DNA from: Dehalococcoidia bacterium
GTDB lineage: Bacteria; Chloroflexota; Dehalococcoidia; Lucifugimonadales; UBA3495
Assembly (NCBI GenBank): GCA_965220305.1
Contig: OZ244817.1
Span: forward strand, 342,035 to 406,034
DNA: 64,000 nucleotides
Direction: 5' to 3'
This document shows, piece by piece, positions 1-10,010 of this stretch (position 1 is its first letter; the number at the start of each line of letters is the position of its first letter). The translations under genes were made by a program, and so were the position numbers. The notes beneath the pieces were generated by a model that worked only from the letters and a program-made list of their open reading frames with translations, had not been told where the DNA came from and did not search any database.

Positions 1-643
1 GGCCCTAGGGCAATCGCATATAAGCAAAGAGCCTGCCCCGGCCTGCAACCGAGCGTAACCCATACCTGGCGAATTGGCCCAACAGTTGACCGAATTGTTG
101 AATCAGGGGGCTGGATTCCCGCCTTCGCGAGAATGACGGGTCCCGCGCATTCCAATATGCGATTGCCCTGACCTTGGCCCCGACTAACTTGACTACGCTC
201 GATACCGCCCTGTATTTACCGGCAGTTAGCGGCGATTCAAGCTGCGGCGGGGCCCGCGCCATCTATTTAGGCCAACCCAGTCTATCATGTCCACCACCCG
301 CTATCGGAAATCTACCCACGGCATCGGGGCACCGGAGAGTTGGTTGTCGGCCCAACCTGATTAGTCTCCACAAGTGCGGACAAGGAAGGCGGTCCCAGGC
401 GAGAGGACAGGGGTTACAGGAAAGTCCAAAGGGGGCCGGTGCCACAATAGCGAATGGTGGCTCCAAGCTGCTGGCAAACCGTATGGTAATCAGTTTGAAC
501 CGAATTTGTTTCAGCCCCAGCGTTGTTTAGTTTCACCACTGAAAGGCTCTGACGAACTTGACCTGCGCTATTCACAGCCGTCGATATATGTGGTACACTT
601 GGTGCACAAAAGCATTAATGGGTCAAGCTTTTGTTGCTTGTGT

Positions 644-720
644 GGCGCATTCGTCTAGCGGCCCAGGACACCGCCCTCTCAAGGCGGAGATCAGGGGTTC
701 GAATCCCCTATGCGCTACCA
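644..720 (+). tRNA. tRNA-Glu (anticodon CUC), CCA encoded
   Basis: Cloverleaf read by eye. Acceptor GGCGCAT/ATGCGCT; anticodon stem CCGCC/GGCGG with loop CUCUCAA; T arm AGGGG-TTCGAAT-CCCCT; discriminator A plus CCA. Confidence 0.9.
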
Positions 721-980
721 GCCTTGTCCCTCTCCTTTTCCAAGCAAACACCACCTCAAGCGTCTTTTCTTTCCCCTTTGTTCTGTGCCTATTTCCATCC
801 CGGCCAGACGTTCCGGCATGCCATTTCCTTCTTGCCCTCATGCGCTCCAGCGGGAATATTTGGGGAACTCCTTTGCCGTTGCCCTTTCCCTTCTCTTGGT
901 ACCGCCAACCCAAAGCGAAGGTGAATAAATTGGTGGGCCCTGCCAATATGTCCACTGGGCCTGCGATATAATAGGCCATC

Positions 981-1856
981 ATGACCAGCCTATCCTTGGG
1001 ACTAATTCTCCTGTCGGCCTTCGCCCATGCTAGCTGGAACCTTTTGTTAAAGCGCTCTGGTGATAAGGAAGTATTCGCCTGGTGGCTCCTGGTATCCGCC
1101 AGCGTGACGTTCCTGCCCCTGGGAGTCTGGCTGTACTGGGCCTACCCCGTGCCGCAACCAGGTTGGCCTATGGTAGCGGCTAGCATCGGGCTGCAAACCC
1201 TCTATTTCATCCTTCTCAGTAAAGGGTACGTACAAGGGGAACTCTCCTTGGTCTACCCCATCGCGAGAGGCACCGGTCCGATGCTGGTGCCCATTCTGGC
1301 CGTCATTCTGCTGGGAGAGTCTATCGGCCTTTTGGCGATAGCTGGCATAGTGACGGTGATATTGGGGATATACGTCGTGTCTTGGTGGGGTAGTTTCGGC
1401 AGTATATTTAGAACGCCCATGAAGGCGCTGGGCCATACCGGAGTGAGCTATGCCCTATTAACCGGCCTGATAATTTCCGCATACACCTTGGTTGACAAGA
1501 GAGGAGTGGCCCACGTACAGCCCTTCCTGTATATGTATCTCACCGTTTCGGGCGCGGCCTTGGCGCTTTCTCCCTATGTCTTTGCTCGCCGCAACTTGGC
1601 CGTCTTAAGAGCGGAGTTACGTACCCGAGCCCTTGCTATCTGGGTATCCGGGCTCCTTACTTTTGTCGCCTACGGGCTGGTATTGACCGCCTTCTCCCTT
1701 TCCCGGGTTAGCTATGTGGCGCCAGCCCGAGAAGTTGGCATCGTGATCGGTGTGCTTCTTGGAGCACTCATCTTGAAGGAACCCTTTGGCGCCGGGCGGC
1801 TGCTCGGCTCAATCTTCGTAGTTCTGGGGGTAGTAATGATTTCCCTTTCCCCCTAA
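981..1856 (+). CDS. EamA/DMT-family membrane transporter
   Basis: 291-aa ORF that is hydrophobic throughout, with about 10 TM-like segments. It has two EamA-like halves (..SWNLLLKR.. and ..PAREVGIVIGVLLGALILKEP..). Confidence 0.8.
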   Translation: MTSLSLGLILLSAFAHASWNLLLKRSGDKEVFAWWLLVSASVTFLPLGVWLYWAYPVPQPGWPMVAASIGLQTLYFILLSKGYVQGELSLVYPIARGTGPMLVPILAVILLGESIGLLAIAGIVTVILGIYVVSWWGSFGSIFRTPMKALGHTGVSYALLTGLIISAYTLVDKRGVAHVQPFLYMYLTVSGAALALSPYVFARRNLAVLRAELRTRALAIWVSGLLTFVAYGLVLTAFSLSRVSYVAPAREVGIVIGVLLGALILKEPFGAGRLLGSIFVVLGVVMISLSP

Positions 1857-2049
1857 TTGACCCACGCCTTTCTGGAACGGGACCTCAAGGCTACCCCAGG
1901 CAGAACCATTGACTGCCGTGGTGGGTAGCGGGGGACTTCTGGGGTATAATAGCCCGAACAAGAAAAGGCTGACGCGGACTGCCAACATTCCCCATCCTCT
2001 GACCCCGGTTAGCGCAAAGGGCGGTTCCGGCCAGCGCCAAAGGAAGGTA

Positions 2050-3135
2050 ATGATGATTAGTCAGGAGAGGTTGGTTAACGCCTTTTGCGATTTGGTCCGA
2101 ATAGACAGTCCTTCGGGTGAAGAGGAGGCGATGGCCCAACATCTTTCGCAGCACCTGTCCCGGTTGGGCTTCCACGTACAGCGGGACGACCACGGCAACG
2201 TCATCGCTTCCGAAGATGGGCAAAATCCCCTATTGCTGTCAGCCCACATGGACACTGTCGAGCCGGGTCGGGGAATCAAGCCCGCCCTCAAGGGAGACCG
2301 AATCGTATCCGACGGGACTACCATCCTCGGAGGCGACTGCAAGGCCGGTGTTGCCGCCATCATGGAGGGAGTGGAGTCGGTGCTGGAGGAAGGTATCGAC
2401 CACCGGCCCGTTCAGATAGTCTTCACCAGAGGCGAGGAGATTGGATTGGTCGGGGCCTCCAACCTGGACTACTCCTTAATTAAGGCCGCTGAAGCCGTGG
2501 TATTCGATGGGAATGGCCCGGTGAACACCATAACGGGGGCGAGCCCCACCTACATGCGGTTTGACATAAGCGTAAAAGGGCGCGCGGCCCACGCCGGCGT
2601 TGAGCCGGAGAAGGGCCTTTCCGCCATCCGCATAGTGTCGGAGATTATAAATGAGCTTCCCCAGGGGCGGCTAGACGACGAGACCACCTTCAACGTGGGT
2701 CTCATATCCGGTGGATCAGTGCGAAACGCTGTTCCCGCCGACGCCACCTTTGGCGGCGAGTTCCGCAGCCGGAACACCGAGACTTTCGACCTGGTGAAGA
2801 TGCAGCTCCTGGCAGCATTGGACCAGGCCCGGCAACGTTACCAGGACGCCAGTATCCAAGAGGACCTGGAAATAATGTTCCAAATGTACAACCTCGACCC
2901 GGACGAGGAAATTGTGAAGCTCACAACCAGGATCATGGGTGACATGGGAATGGAGCCCAATATCCAGCCTTCGGGCGGCGGCACCGACGGCAATGTCTTC
3001 AGGTTGAATGGCATTCAAAACGTGGTGGTGGGAATGTCCACCAATGCTATGCACACAGTGGACGAGTACGTTGTTATCCCCGATTTGGTCGATACTGCCA
3101 GGTTCTGCCAGAGGGTTATGACTCAAGGTCGGTAG
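2050..3135 (+). CDS. M20-family metallopeptidase (peptidase T / ArgE-DapE-like)
   Basis: Internal ATG at 2050 is preceded by AAAGGAAGG. Motifs LLLSAHMDTV and FTRGEEIGLVGA are typical M20 metal and catalytic residues. The upstream part of ORF 1909.. looks non-coding. Confidence 0.8.
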   Translation: MMISQERLVNAFCDLVRIDSPSGEEEAMAQHLSQHLSRLGFHVQRDDHGNVIASEDGQNPLLLSAHMDTVEPGRGIKPALKGDRIVSDGTTILGGDCKAGVAAIMEGVESVLEEGIDHRPVQIVFTRGEEIGLVGASNLDYSLIKAAEAVVFDGNGPVNTITGASPTYMRFDISVKGRAAHAGVEPEKGLSAIRIVSEIINELPQGRLDDETTFNVGLISGGSVRNAVPADATFGGEFRSRNTETFDLVKMQLLAALDQARQRYQDASIQEDLEIMFQMYNLDPDEEIVKLTTRIMGDMGMEPNIQPSGGGTDGNVFRLNGIQNVVVGMSTNAMHTVDEYVVIPDLVDTARFCQRVMTQGR

Positions 3136-3204
3136 ACGGGCCAGGTCAGATCGCACTCAAATCCAGGTTGGTATACATAAGCCGGCCAAAGGCAAACACG
3201 CAAA

Positions 3205-3247
3205 CCCCCGAATTCCCCAATTAGGACAGGGAATTCGGGGGTTTTCT
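3205..3247 (+). terminator. Rho-independent terminator, probably bidirectional (between the peptidase gene and rnd)
   Basis: 13-bp perfect stem CCCCCGAATTCCC / GGGAATTCGGGGG with an 11-nt loop. It is followed by TTTTCT and preceded by an A-rich run. Confidence 0.7.
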
Positions 3248-3366
3248 ATATTCTCTCGAATGTGCGTTCAGCAGCCCCGAGACCCTCCCGGGCGGCTGCC
3301 AGGGAACTGTAACCGCGCCCTGGGGGTACAAGACCCGGAGAACACTCCGGCTAATTCAGCAGAGTT

Positions 3367-4494
3367 CTAGGCAAGGATTGAAGACGCGAGGAATTCTTCC
3401 AATCCGGCGGCGAACTCTTGGCGCTGCCAGTGGCGGACCTCCGGCGGGCCTTCGCCCATAAGCTCGGACTGCCAGTCTCGCGGCTCCACGGCCAACCGTT
3501 CCAGGCTGGCGGTAGGCCATAGCAACGGCGGGTCCAGGCCCAGGTCTTCACCCAGTTCTCCCCGCCATTGTTTCAGCAATTGCGACCGCCGTCGGGCCTC
3601 CGGGGTCCAGGAATTGGCCCGGTCCGGCCTGGCCGGGGGCGGAATTTCCGGGCCTTCCCGGCCCCGCTCAATCGCCGACAGTATTGAGGCCCCTCGGCGT
3701 TGCACCAACTGGGGAGAAAGGCCGGGCACCCTTTCCAAGGGCATCGAGGGACTCTGGGCCAGGGTCAACAGGGTTTCGTTCCGAATGACCCGAAAAGGCG
3801 GGCTGTTTTGGCTCTGGGCCTCTTCGTCACGGAATAGGTGGAGCTCCTTGAGGACAGCCAATTGCCTGGGGTCGAGTTTGTTGCTTCCTTTAATACGACG
3901 AAAGGCAACCTCCGGTGGGTCTGGGGGGGAATAACGCACGTTCTCCAGCCGTTGGCATTCTTCCCGCACCCATTCCAGGCGTCTGGCGTCTTGCAGACGG
4001 CGGCGCAATTCCTGGGCCAACCTCGATAGGTGCGCCACGTCGTGGAGAGCATATTCCCGAGCCTCGCTGGACAAGGGTCGCAGCCCCCAGTTTGACCGTT
4101 GCAGCTTGGCGCTCTTGGGGATCGACACTTCCAGGAAGTTCTCCAACACAGTACCCAGGTTTGGTCTACTCTCCCCTAGAAAGACCGCCGCTATCTCGGT
4201 GTCAAAGAGGCCCCGGACTCGAAAACCATAGTCCCGGTCAAAGGAACGCAGATCATAATCGGAACCGTGCAGTACCTTGGCAACCGCCGGGTCTGCCATC
4301 ATTTCGCCCAGCGAGGACAGGTCCTTCACCTCCAACGGGTCCAATAGCAAATTCTCTTCTGAAGAGCCAATTTGGATTAGGCAGATTGACTCCCGGTAGG
4401 TATAAAAGCTGTTGGACTCGGTGTCCAGGGCCAGCTCTCGCTCACCAGAGAGTCTTATGGCAGCCGTATTCCAGGTTTCCTGGTCAACAATCAT
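3367..4494 (-). CDS. rnd: Ribonuclease D (DEDD 3'-5' exonuclease plus HRDC domain)
   Basis: N-terminal LALDTESNSFYTYRESICLIQIG (DxE exo motif) and YALHDVAHL (exo III). The C-terminal half is HRDC-like. Confidence 0.85.
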   Translation of the reverse strand: MIVDQETWNTAAIRLSGERELALDTESNSFYTYRESICLIQIGSSEENLLLDPLEVKDLSSLGEMMADPAVAKVLHGSDYDLRSFDRDYGFRVRGLFDTEIAAVFLGESRPNLGTVLENFLEVSIPKSAKLQRSNWGLRPLSSEAREYALHDVAHLSRLAQELRRRLQDARRLEWVREECQRLENVRYSPPDPPEVAFRRIKGSNKLDPRQLAVLKELHLFRDEEAQSQNSPPFRVIRNETLLTLAQSPSMPLERVPGLSPQLVQRRGASILSAIERGREGPEIPPPARPDRANSWTPEARRRSQLLKQWRGELGEDLGLDPPLLWPTASLERLAVEPRDWQSELMGEGPPEVRHWQRQEFAAGLEEFLASSILA

Positions 4495-4765
4495 ATTCGT
4501 GCCTTGGGCCTCGTCAGCCTAGCAGCCAAGGCCGGTTTCCTCGGGGAATTCCCCGGTAGTATAGCAGAGCGGGGGTAGCGGCCACCGTAGGAGCAGAACG
4601 CAGATCTCTACTGTGTGGTCCCTATTGGAGACGGAAGCCATCGGCTTCCGGGCCTTTCGAGGGGGTGCTATACTTGTGCGGGCTTGGGGGCGCGTTCTGT
4701 TGGGGGCGAAGTTCCCCCACAGGCGCCCAGCCGGGCTAACACGCAAGAGAATAGAGGAAGGAATA

Positions 4766-5548
4766 ATGGACGGTGCAGAACTCAAGGCAACTCTCAAGTC
4801 TGGAGGCCGAGTCTTCGGCACCATGATCAGCGTCAGCCGAAACCCCCGCTGGATACCTGTCCTGGACGGCGTGGGCCTCGACTACGTAATTATTGACACC
4901 GAACATAACCCTCGCAGTCGAGGAGAGTTGGGCGACTTCCTGGTCATGTTCAACACCATCGGCGTGGTGCCCATAGTGCGAATTCCCATACCGGACTCTC
5001 ACTACGTAACCATGGCCATCGACGCCGGAGCCCAGGGGATACTGGCGCCCTACTGCGAAACCGTGGACCAGGTGAAGGAAGTAATTGCCGCCGCCAAATG
5101 GCGCCCGCTGAAAGGGGAGGCGGTCCGCCGCGTGGTTGACACGGGAGAGCACGTCAGCGACGCTACCCGGGCCTACCTGGAGGAGCGGAACCGCAATAAC
5201 GTGGCGATAATCGGCATCGAAAGCGTGGCGGCGGTGAAAAACCTGGAAGACATCCTGAAGGTGCCGGACATCGACGGGATTTTCGTCGGCCCCAACGACA
5301 TGAGCATCTCGCTAGGAGTGCCCGACCAGTACGACCGTCCGGAGTACCAGAACACGGTCAAGGGAGTTATAGACACCTGCGAGGCCCACGGCATTCCGGT
5401 GTTGGTCCACCAGCAGACCCCGGACCTGTCCACCTACTGGATTAACCAAGGCGCTCGGTTCGTGCTTCACGGGACCGATCGCAGGGCCCTGGCGGAAGGC
5501 TTCCGCAGCGAGTTTGCCAAGCTGCGCCAGGTGGCCCAGGAGAGTTAA
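4766..5548 (+). CDS. HpcH/HpaI-family aldolase (2-keto-3-deoxy-acid aldolase-like)
   Basis: ATG at 4766 follows GAGGAAGG. Sequence LDYVIIDTEHNP...VRIP...GAQGILAPY...GIESVAAV..IDGIFVGPNDMS matches the HpcH/HpaI/citrate-lyase-beta fold family. Confidence 0.8.
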   Translation: MDGAELKATLKSGGRVFGTMISVSRNPRWIPVLDGVGLDYVIIDTEHNPRSRGELGDFLVMFNTIGVVPIVRIPIPDSHYVTMAIDAGAQGILAPYCETVDQVKEVIAAAKWRPLKGEAVRRVVDTGEHVSDATRAYLEERNRNNVAIIGIESVAAVKNLEDILKVPDIDGIFVGPNDMSISLGVPDQYDRPEYQNTVKGVIDTCEAHGIPVLVHQQTPDLSTYWINQGARFVLHGTDRRALAEGFRSEFAKLRQVAQES

Positions 5549-5552
5549 TGGC

Positions 5553-5591
5553 AAGCGGGGAGGCCGCCGCGACTGTACGGCCTCCCCGCTT
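5553..5591 (+). terminator. Strong hairpin after the aldolase gene (possible terminator, no clear U-tail)
   Basis: 14-bp perfect stem AAGCGGGGAGGCCG / CGGCCTCCCCGCTT with an 11-nt loop. It sits between convergent genes. Confidence 0.4.
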
Positions 5592-5671
5592 ATCATAATC
5601 GAGCAGCTAATCCCCCGGCTCCCCACGCGAGCGAGCACCCCCACTACCCGCCCAACTGGACTACGCCTCAG

Positions 5672-5959
5672 TTACTGGGAAAGTTCGGGCCCCTCCCATC
5701 GGCGGCGCAGGGATTCCACGTAGACCCGGTCGTAGTCGCCGTGGTGTCCGCCGCCAAAGCTATCGACAAGTTCTTCGGCCCAAAGGTACTCCACGTCACT
5801 CCAGTTTATCGGATAGGGTGACTGGTCGAAGAAGCTGGTAACCGCGCCGGTGGCGTCGCGCGCCTGCACATACCCCATCATTTGGAAGTTGTCGTACGTG
5901 TTCCCCTGGTCCGAAATGAAGCGGCCCTTCATGGCAGAGAGAATAAGAAAGTTTGGCAT
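5672..5959 (-). CDS. Hypothetical small protein (95 aa)
   Basis: Balanced, protein-like composition. It fills the gap between the aldolase and thiolase genes. No family recognised. Confidence 0.4.
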   Translation of the reverse strand: MPNFLILSAMKGRFISDQGNTYDNFQMMGYVQARDATGAVTSFFDQSPYPINWSDVEYLWAEELVDSFGGGHHGDYDRVYVESLRRRWEGPELSQ

Positions 5960-6009
5960 AGCGCCGGTCGCTCCGTTAGCTTCCAGGCCCCTATCTCAGT
6001 AGTAGCCCA

Positions 6010-7164
6010 TCACCTGGTGAATATCTGCACGGTGGTGACATCGCCGGCCCCGGAGCACTGGGCCAAGCCCACCCGGGGATTCTCCACCTGTCGAGGGCCA
6101 GCCTCGCCCCGCAGTTGCAAGGCGGTCTCGTGAACCATGCGGATGCCGGTGGCTCCGAAGGGGTGCCCCATGGCCAGCAGGCCCCCATCGGTGTTGGTAG
6201 GCATATCCCCGGTCAGGGCGGTCTGGCCTTCAAGGGTGGCCTGCCAGGCTTCTCCCCGAGGGAAGAGGCGCAGGGCCTCCAATTGCTGCAACTCGCCGAT
6301 GGTGGCGGCGTCGTGCACCTGCACTAGGTCAACATCCTCTGGACCAAGCCCGCTCATCTCGTAGGCCGCCAGCGCTGCCGGTTCGGTGCGATAGGGGCTG
6401 AAAGCCGAGTGATCGCTGCCCCGCCCGTTGTAATCTCCAGAGGTAAGGGCCGCCGCCGCCATGCGGATGGCCCGCCGCCGGTCCAGCCCGTACCTATCCA
6501 GGCTCTCCTCGGCGCAGAGCACCGCCGCGGCTCCACCCTCGCTGGTGGGGCAGCATTGGTACAGGGTCAGGGGATCGGCTATGGGGCGAGACTCCAAGAC
6601 CTCTGCCACCGAGTAGGTTGAAGTCCGGTGGGCATAGGGGTTCAGCGAGGCATTCTGCCTGGCCTTGACGGACACCTGGGCAAAGGCGGCGGGGGGCGCG
6701 CCAGTTTCCGCCATGTAACGCCGCATTCGGAGGGCATACCCCGCCATCATGTGGTCTCCGCCGATGTAACGCTCCGGGCTATCCTCAACGGTGACCGTTA
6801 CCGGGCCACGGGGCACCTTCTCCGCGCCGAAGGCCAGGGCCAGGTCATACATTCCGGTGGTGATTCCCCAATAAGCCTGCCACAGGGCTGTTGAGCCGCT
6901 GGAACAGGCGTTCTCCACGTTGATGATGGGGATTCCCGTTAGCCCCAACTCCGACAGGGCCGTCTCCCCCACCGACATGCCGTGGTAGTAGACGTGGCCG
7001 AAGTAGGCGACGGGTATGTCTTTCCAGCGGATCCCGGAATCGGCCAAGGCTTCCTTTACGGCGTGTCTCGCCAGGGAAGCCAGGTCCTGGTCGGGAAATC
7101 TGCCAAAGGGATGCAGGCCCACGCCCACCACTGCGACCTCTCTACCGGGCCGGAACTGAGTCAT
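6010..7164 (-). CDS. Thiolase-family protein (SCP-x / archaeal-type acetyl-CoA acetyltransferase-like)
   Basis: Start chosen at MTQFRPGREVAVVGVG. Nucleophile motif NVENACSSGSTAL; C-terminal NTDGGLLAMGHPFGATG. Confidence 0.8.
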   Translation of the reverse strand: MTQFRPGREVAVVGVGLHPFGRFPDQDLASLARHAVKEALADSGIRWKDIPVAYFGHVYYHGMSVGETALSELGLTGIPIINVENACSSGSTALWQAYWGITTGMYDLALAFGAEKVPRGPVTVTVEDSPERYIGGDHMMAGYALRMRRYMAETGAPPAAFAQVSVKARQNASLNPYAHRTSTYSVAEVLESRPIADPLTLYQCCPTSEGGAAAVLCAEESLDRYGLDRRRAIRMAAAALTSGDYNGRGSDHSAFSPYRTEPAALAAYEMSGLGPEDVDLVQVHDAATIGELQQLEALRLFPRGEAWQATLEGQTALTGDMPTNTDGGLLAMGHPFGATGIRMVHETALQLRGEAGPRQVENPRVGLAQCSGAGDVTTVQIFTR

Positions 7165-7293
7165 ACTACTTCTCCGATAGCGAACTGACGTTCCGATTAC
7201 TTGGGCCTTATTAGTCTGGCGGCGGGTGGTGCAACCGGGGGTCGGAATTGGGACGACCAGCACCAGGCATGGCCCTTGGCTCCGTTCACGGGG

Positions 7294-7977
7294 TTAGCTT
7301 CCCCCGCCGGTGGGACGCCACTTGTAAACCACCTTCTCGACATCCGGCTCCCCCATTGACACGGATTGAAGGACCAACTCCACGGGCATGTCTATCTCAA
7401 GTTGGTCCTGTTGGCAATCGATTACTTCCGCCAGTACGTGGGGGCCTTCGGGAAGCTCCACCTGGCCCAGGATGTAGGGCACCGGCCCCGGCCACCCGGC
7501 GGGGGGGACTCGAACAATCGTAAAACTGTACAGAGTTCCCCTCTGGGCCATTTCCGTCGCTTCCAGGTTGACGGAAGTGCAGGCCTGGCAGAAGGTAGCG
7601 GGACCGAAAACGGTCACTCCACAGTCCAGGCAGCGAAAGCCAACCAGGACACCCTCCTCACCAGTATCGCCGGTCAGTTTGAGACGATTGGGGTCGATGG
7701 ATTCAGCCACCGTCTTGTCCTGCTTATTCAGGTAGAGAATCTCAGATGGGCGGGCCCACGGGCAGGTCGGATAAGTGGGCGCCGCCAGGCCAATAAAGAA
7801 AAGCCCATGCGGCCACGTCGCCAACTCTTCCAGACTCATGGGAGTGTAAATGCGACTCCATTCCGTGTCAACGACGGGCGCAGAGGCGCCACCGATAGCC
7901 CCCGAGAAGGGAAGTCGCTCCTCCAGTCCAGGCCAGGTTACCAGGGGTATGGCCCCAAGGCAAAGCAGAAGGCCCAT
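7294..7977 (-). CDS. DUF35 (zinc-ribbon plus OB-fold) acyl-CoA-associated protein; start uncertain
   Basis: CLDCGVTVFGPATFCQAC zinc ribbon is followed by GTLYSFTIVRVPP..PYILGQVELPEGPHVLAEV OB-fold signature. The N-terminal ~90 aa are unusual; an alternative start is M47 at 7839. Confidence 0.7.
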   Translation of the reverse strand: MGLLLCLGAIPLVTWPGLEERLPFSGAIGGASAPVVDTEWSRIYTPMSLEELATWPHGLFFIGLAAPTYPTCPWARPSEILYLNKQDKTVAESIDPNRLKLTGDTGEEGVLVGFRCLDCGVTVFGPATFCQACTSVNLEATEMAQRGTLYSFTIVRVPPAGWPGPVPYILGQVELPEGPHVLAEVIDCQQDQLEIDMPVELVLQSVSMGEPDVEKVVYKWRPTGGGS

Positions 7978-8050
7978 TGACCTGGGCCAAACCTAGTGGT
8001 AGGTTGAGAACGCCATAGGGTCCGTTCCGGTCCAATTCAACCGAGATAGA

Positions 8051-9700
8051 ATGGGGAACGTAATGCCGCAAAACATTGAGGCGCAGACCGGCCAAAGCCA
8101 CGGGAGGTATGCCTGGGAGCAGTCCCTGGGCGAGTTTCTCCGCGAGGCGGCGGACCGCAGCCCGAACAAAGTATTCGTGGAGATAACGGGGCAGCAGATT
8201 ACCTATGCCCAAATGTACCAACGCGCCCTTCAGTCTGCCGGAATGTTCCGGTCGCTGGGCATTGGCCACGGGGACCGGGTTTGCCTGTTCCTGCCCAACT
8301 GCGCCGAATTCTTGTACAGTTGGTTTGGGCTTTCGCTGCTTGGGGCCATCAGCGTCCCCGTCAATACAGCCTACAAGCGGGATGAAACGGCCTATATCCT
8401 GAACAACGCCGAAGCCAGGGCCCTGGTTGCCCATGAGTCCCTGCTGCCGGTGGCCCAGGAAGCCGCCGAATTGGCTCCCAGCGTCGAGCACCGTCTGGCA
8501 GTGGGCATCCAAGGCTCCCCCAGCGTAGGTTGGCTAGAGTTTGCCTCCTGTTTGGCTGGCGCCAGCGCAGATGCCGCCGACACTGTTGTATCTTCCCAGG
8601 ATATATCCATGCTGGTCTACACCTCGGGCACCACTGGGAACCCCAAGGGTGTCCAGGTGACCCACCAGATGTACGTTTCGGCGGGTCAGGGATTCGCCCA
8701 CTGGACGCAGGCGACCGAGGAAGACCGCTTCTTCACCTGCCTGCCCTATTTTCACGCTAACGTCCAATACTATTCCACCATGGGGGCCTTGGCCGCTGGG
8801 GCTACCCTGGTAGTGGTGGACCGTTTCAGCGCATCCAGGTTCTGGGGCCAGGTCAAAGAGGCCCGAGCCACGGTGGTCAATTTCATCGGAATGATGATGC
8901 CCGTGCTGTCGAAGCAAGACGAGTCGCCCACGGACCGGGACAACACCGTGCGGCTGTTCTACGGCTCGCCAGCCTTCTCTCCCGAGTTCCTGGAAGCCTT
9001 CCAAGAGCGCTTTGGCACCGACATCATCGTTGGCTTCGGAATGACCGAGACCTGCTACGGCACCATTGAACGGATACGAGAGCCACGCCGGGCCAACTCT
9101 TCCGGACAGGCCAGGCAGCACCCCGACCCTGATTTTGTCAACGAAATACGGATTGCCGATGATGAAGGCATACCCCAGCCTCTGGGAAAGGTGGGCGAGA
9201 TTACCATAAAGAATCCGGCGACAATGCCCGGCTATTGGCGCAACGAGGAACAGACCGAACTGGCGCTGCGCGACGGCTGGCTGTTCACCGGCGACCTGGG
9301 CTGGATGGACGACCAGGGGTTCCTCTACTTCGTGGACCGCAAGAAGGATGTGATTCGGCGTCGAGGAGAGAACATCTCGTCCCAGGAGGTGGAGGACGTC
9401 ATCAAGCGGCACGAAAGCGTCCTGGACTGCGCCGTAATCGCCGTGCCCTCAGAACTGGGAGAAGATGAGGTGAAGGCCTATGTGGTGCCTCGCGATGGCT
9501 CCCAGGTGGAGCCCGCCGAGGTGGTCCACTGGTGCGCCGACAATCTGGCCTACTTCAAAGTCCCCCGCTACATCGAAATCCGGGACGAACTCCCCAGAAC
9601 GCCCAGCCTGCGAGTCAGGAAGGATATGCTGCGCCAGGAGCGCGAAGACCTGATTGAGGGCTGCTTTGACCGGGAGGCGGCTGGCATCCGCATTCGCTAG
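8051..9700 (+). CDS. AMP-dependent acyl-CoA synthetase/ligase
   Basis: Adenylate-forming motifs LVYTSGTTGNPKGV, GMTE, WLFTGDLG and RRGENIS. It is divergent from the DUF35/thiolase pair. Confidence 0.85.
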   Translation: MGNVMPQNIEAQTGQSHGRYAWEQSLGEFLREAADRSPNKVFVEITGQQITYAQMYQRALQSAGMFRSLGIGHGDRVCLFLPNCAEFLYSWFGLSLLGAISVPVNTAYKRDETAYILNNAEARALVAHESLLPVAQEAAELAPSVEHRLAVGIQGSPSVGWLEFASCLAGASADAADTVVSSQDISMLVYTSGTTGNPKGVQVTHQMYVSAGQGFAHWTQATEEDRFFTCLPYFHANVQYYSTMGALAAGATLVVVDRFSASRFWGQVKEARATVVNFIGMMMPVLSKQDESPTDRDNTVRLFYGSPAFSPEFLEAFQERFGTDIIVGFGMTETCYGTIERIREPRRANSSGQARQHPDPDFVNEIRIADDEGIPQPLGKVGEITIKNPATMPGYWRNEEQTELALRDGWLFTGDLGWMDDQGFLYFVDRKKDVIRRRGENISSQEVEDVIKRHESVLDCAVIAVPSELGEDEVKAYVVPRDGSQVEPAEVVHWCADNLAYFKVPRYIEIRDELPRTPSLRVRKDMLRQEREDLIEGCFDREAAGIRIR

Positions 9701-10010
9701 AAGGCGGTTTTCATACCAAGAACCTATTTCAAAACTTGGCGAGTAGCCCAACCGGCCCTTCCGGCGGTGGACGGAATCCAGGGGTGGGGAGTGTGCGCTG
9801 GACGTAGACTTTAGACCCTTCGGCCCGCTCAGAGCCTGCACTCCGCGAAGGCGGAGTGGTAACAGTCGAAAGACCCTGCCGGTTCACGCGCCTACTTGGA
9901 AGAAAGCGCGTCTACCAGCTACAATAATACCTGTACTCGCAATAGCGGGGGCCAAGCGTAGAGGTACGCCGGTGCATGGACCCAGGACGGGTAGCGCGAG
10001 GGGAGGCATT

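Noticed and set aside
400-470. The GGAAAGTCC...GGTGCC string (419-450) resembles the RNase P RNA P4 / GGGUGCC region.
   Set aside because: None of the other universally conserved RNase P blocks is present nearby on either strand. Missing blocks include the GGUAAGGGUGAAAGGGUGCGGUAAGAGCGCACC-like module and the ACAGAACCCGGCUUA 3' P4 strand.
9839-9990. An 8-bp hairpin CACTCCGC-GAAG-GCGGAGTG, and a CGGTTCACGCGCC...GGAAGAAAGCGCG segment upstream of the P-II gene, considered as a glutamine (glnA-type) riboswitch.
   Set aside because: The sequence does not reproduce the conserved glnA-RNA core as I remember it (CGUUCAxCC...GGAAGUAGG...AAGGAACGC). The similarity is limited to short GGAAG-like words.
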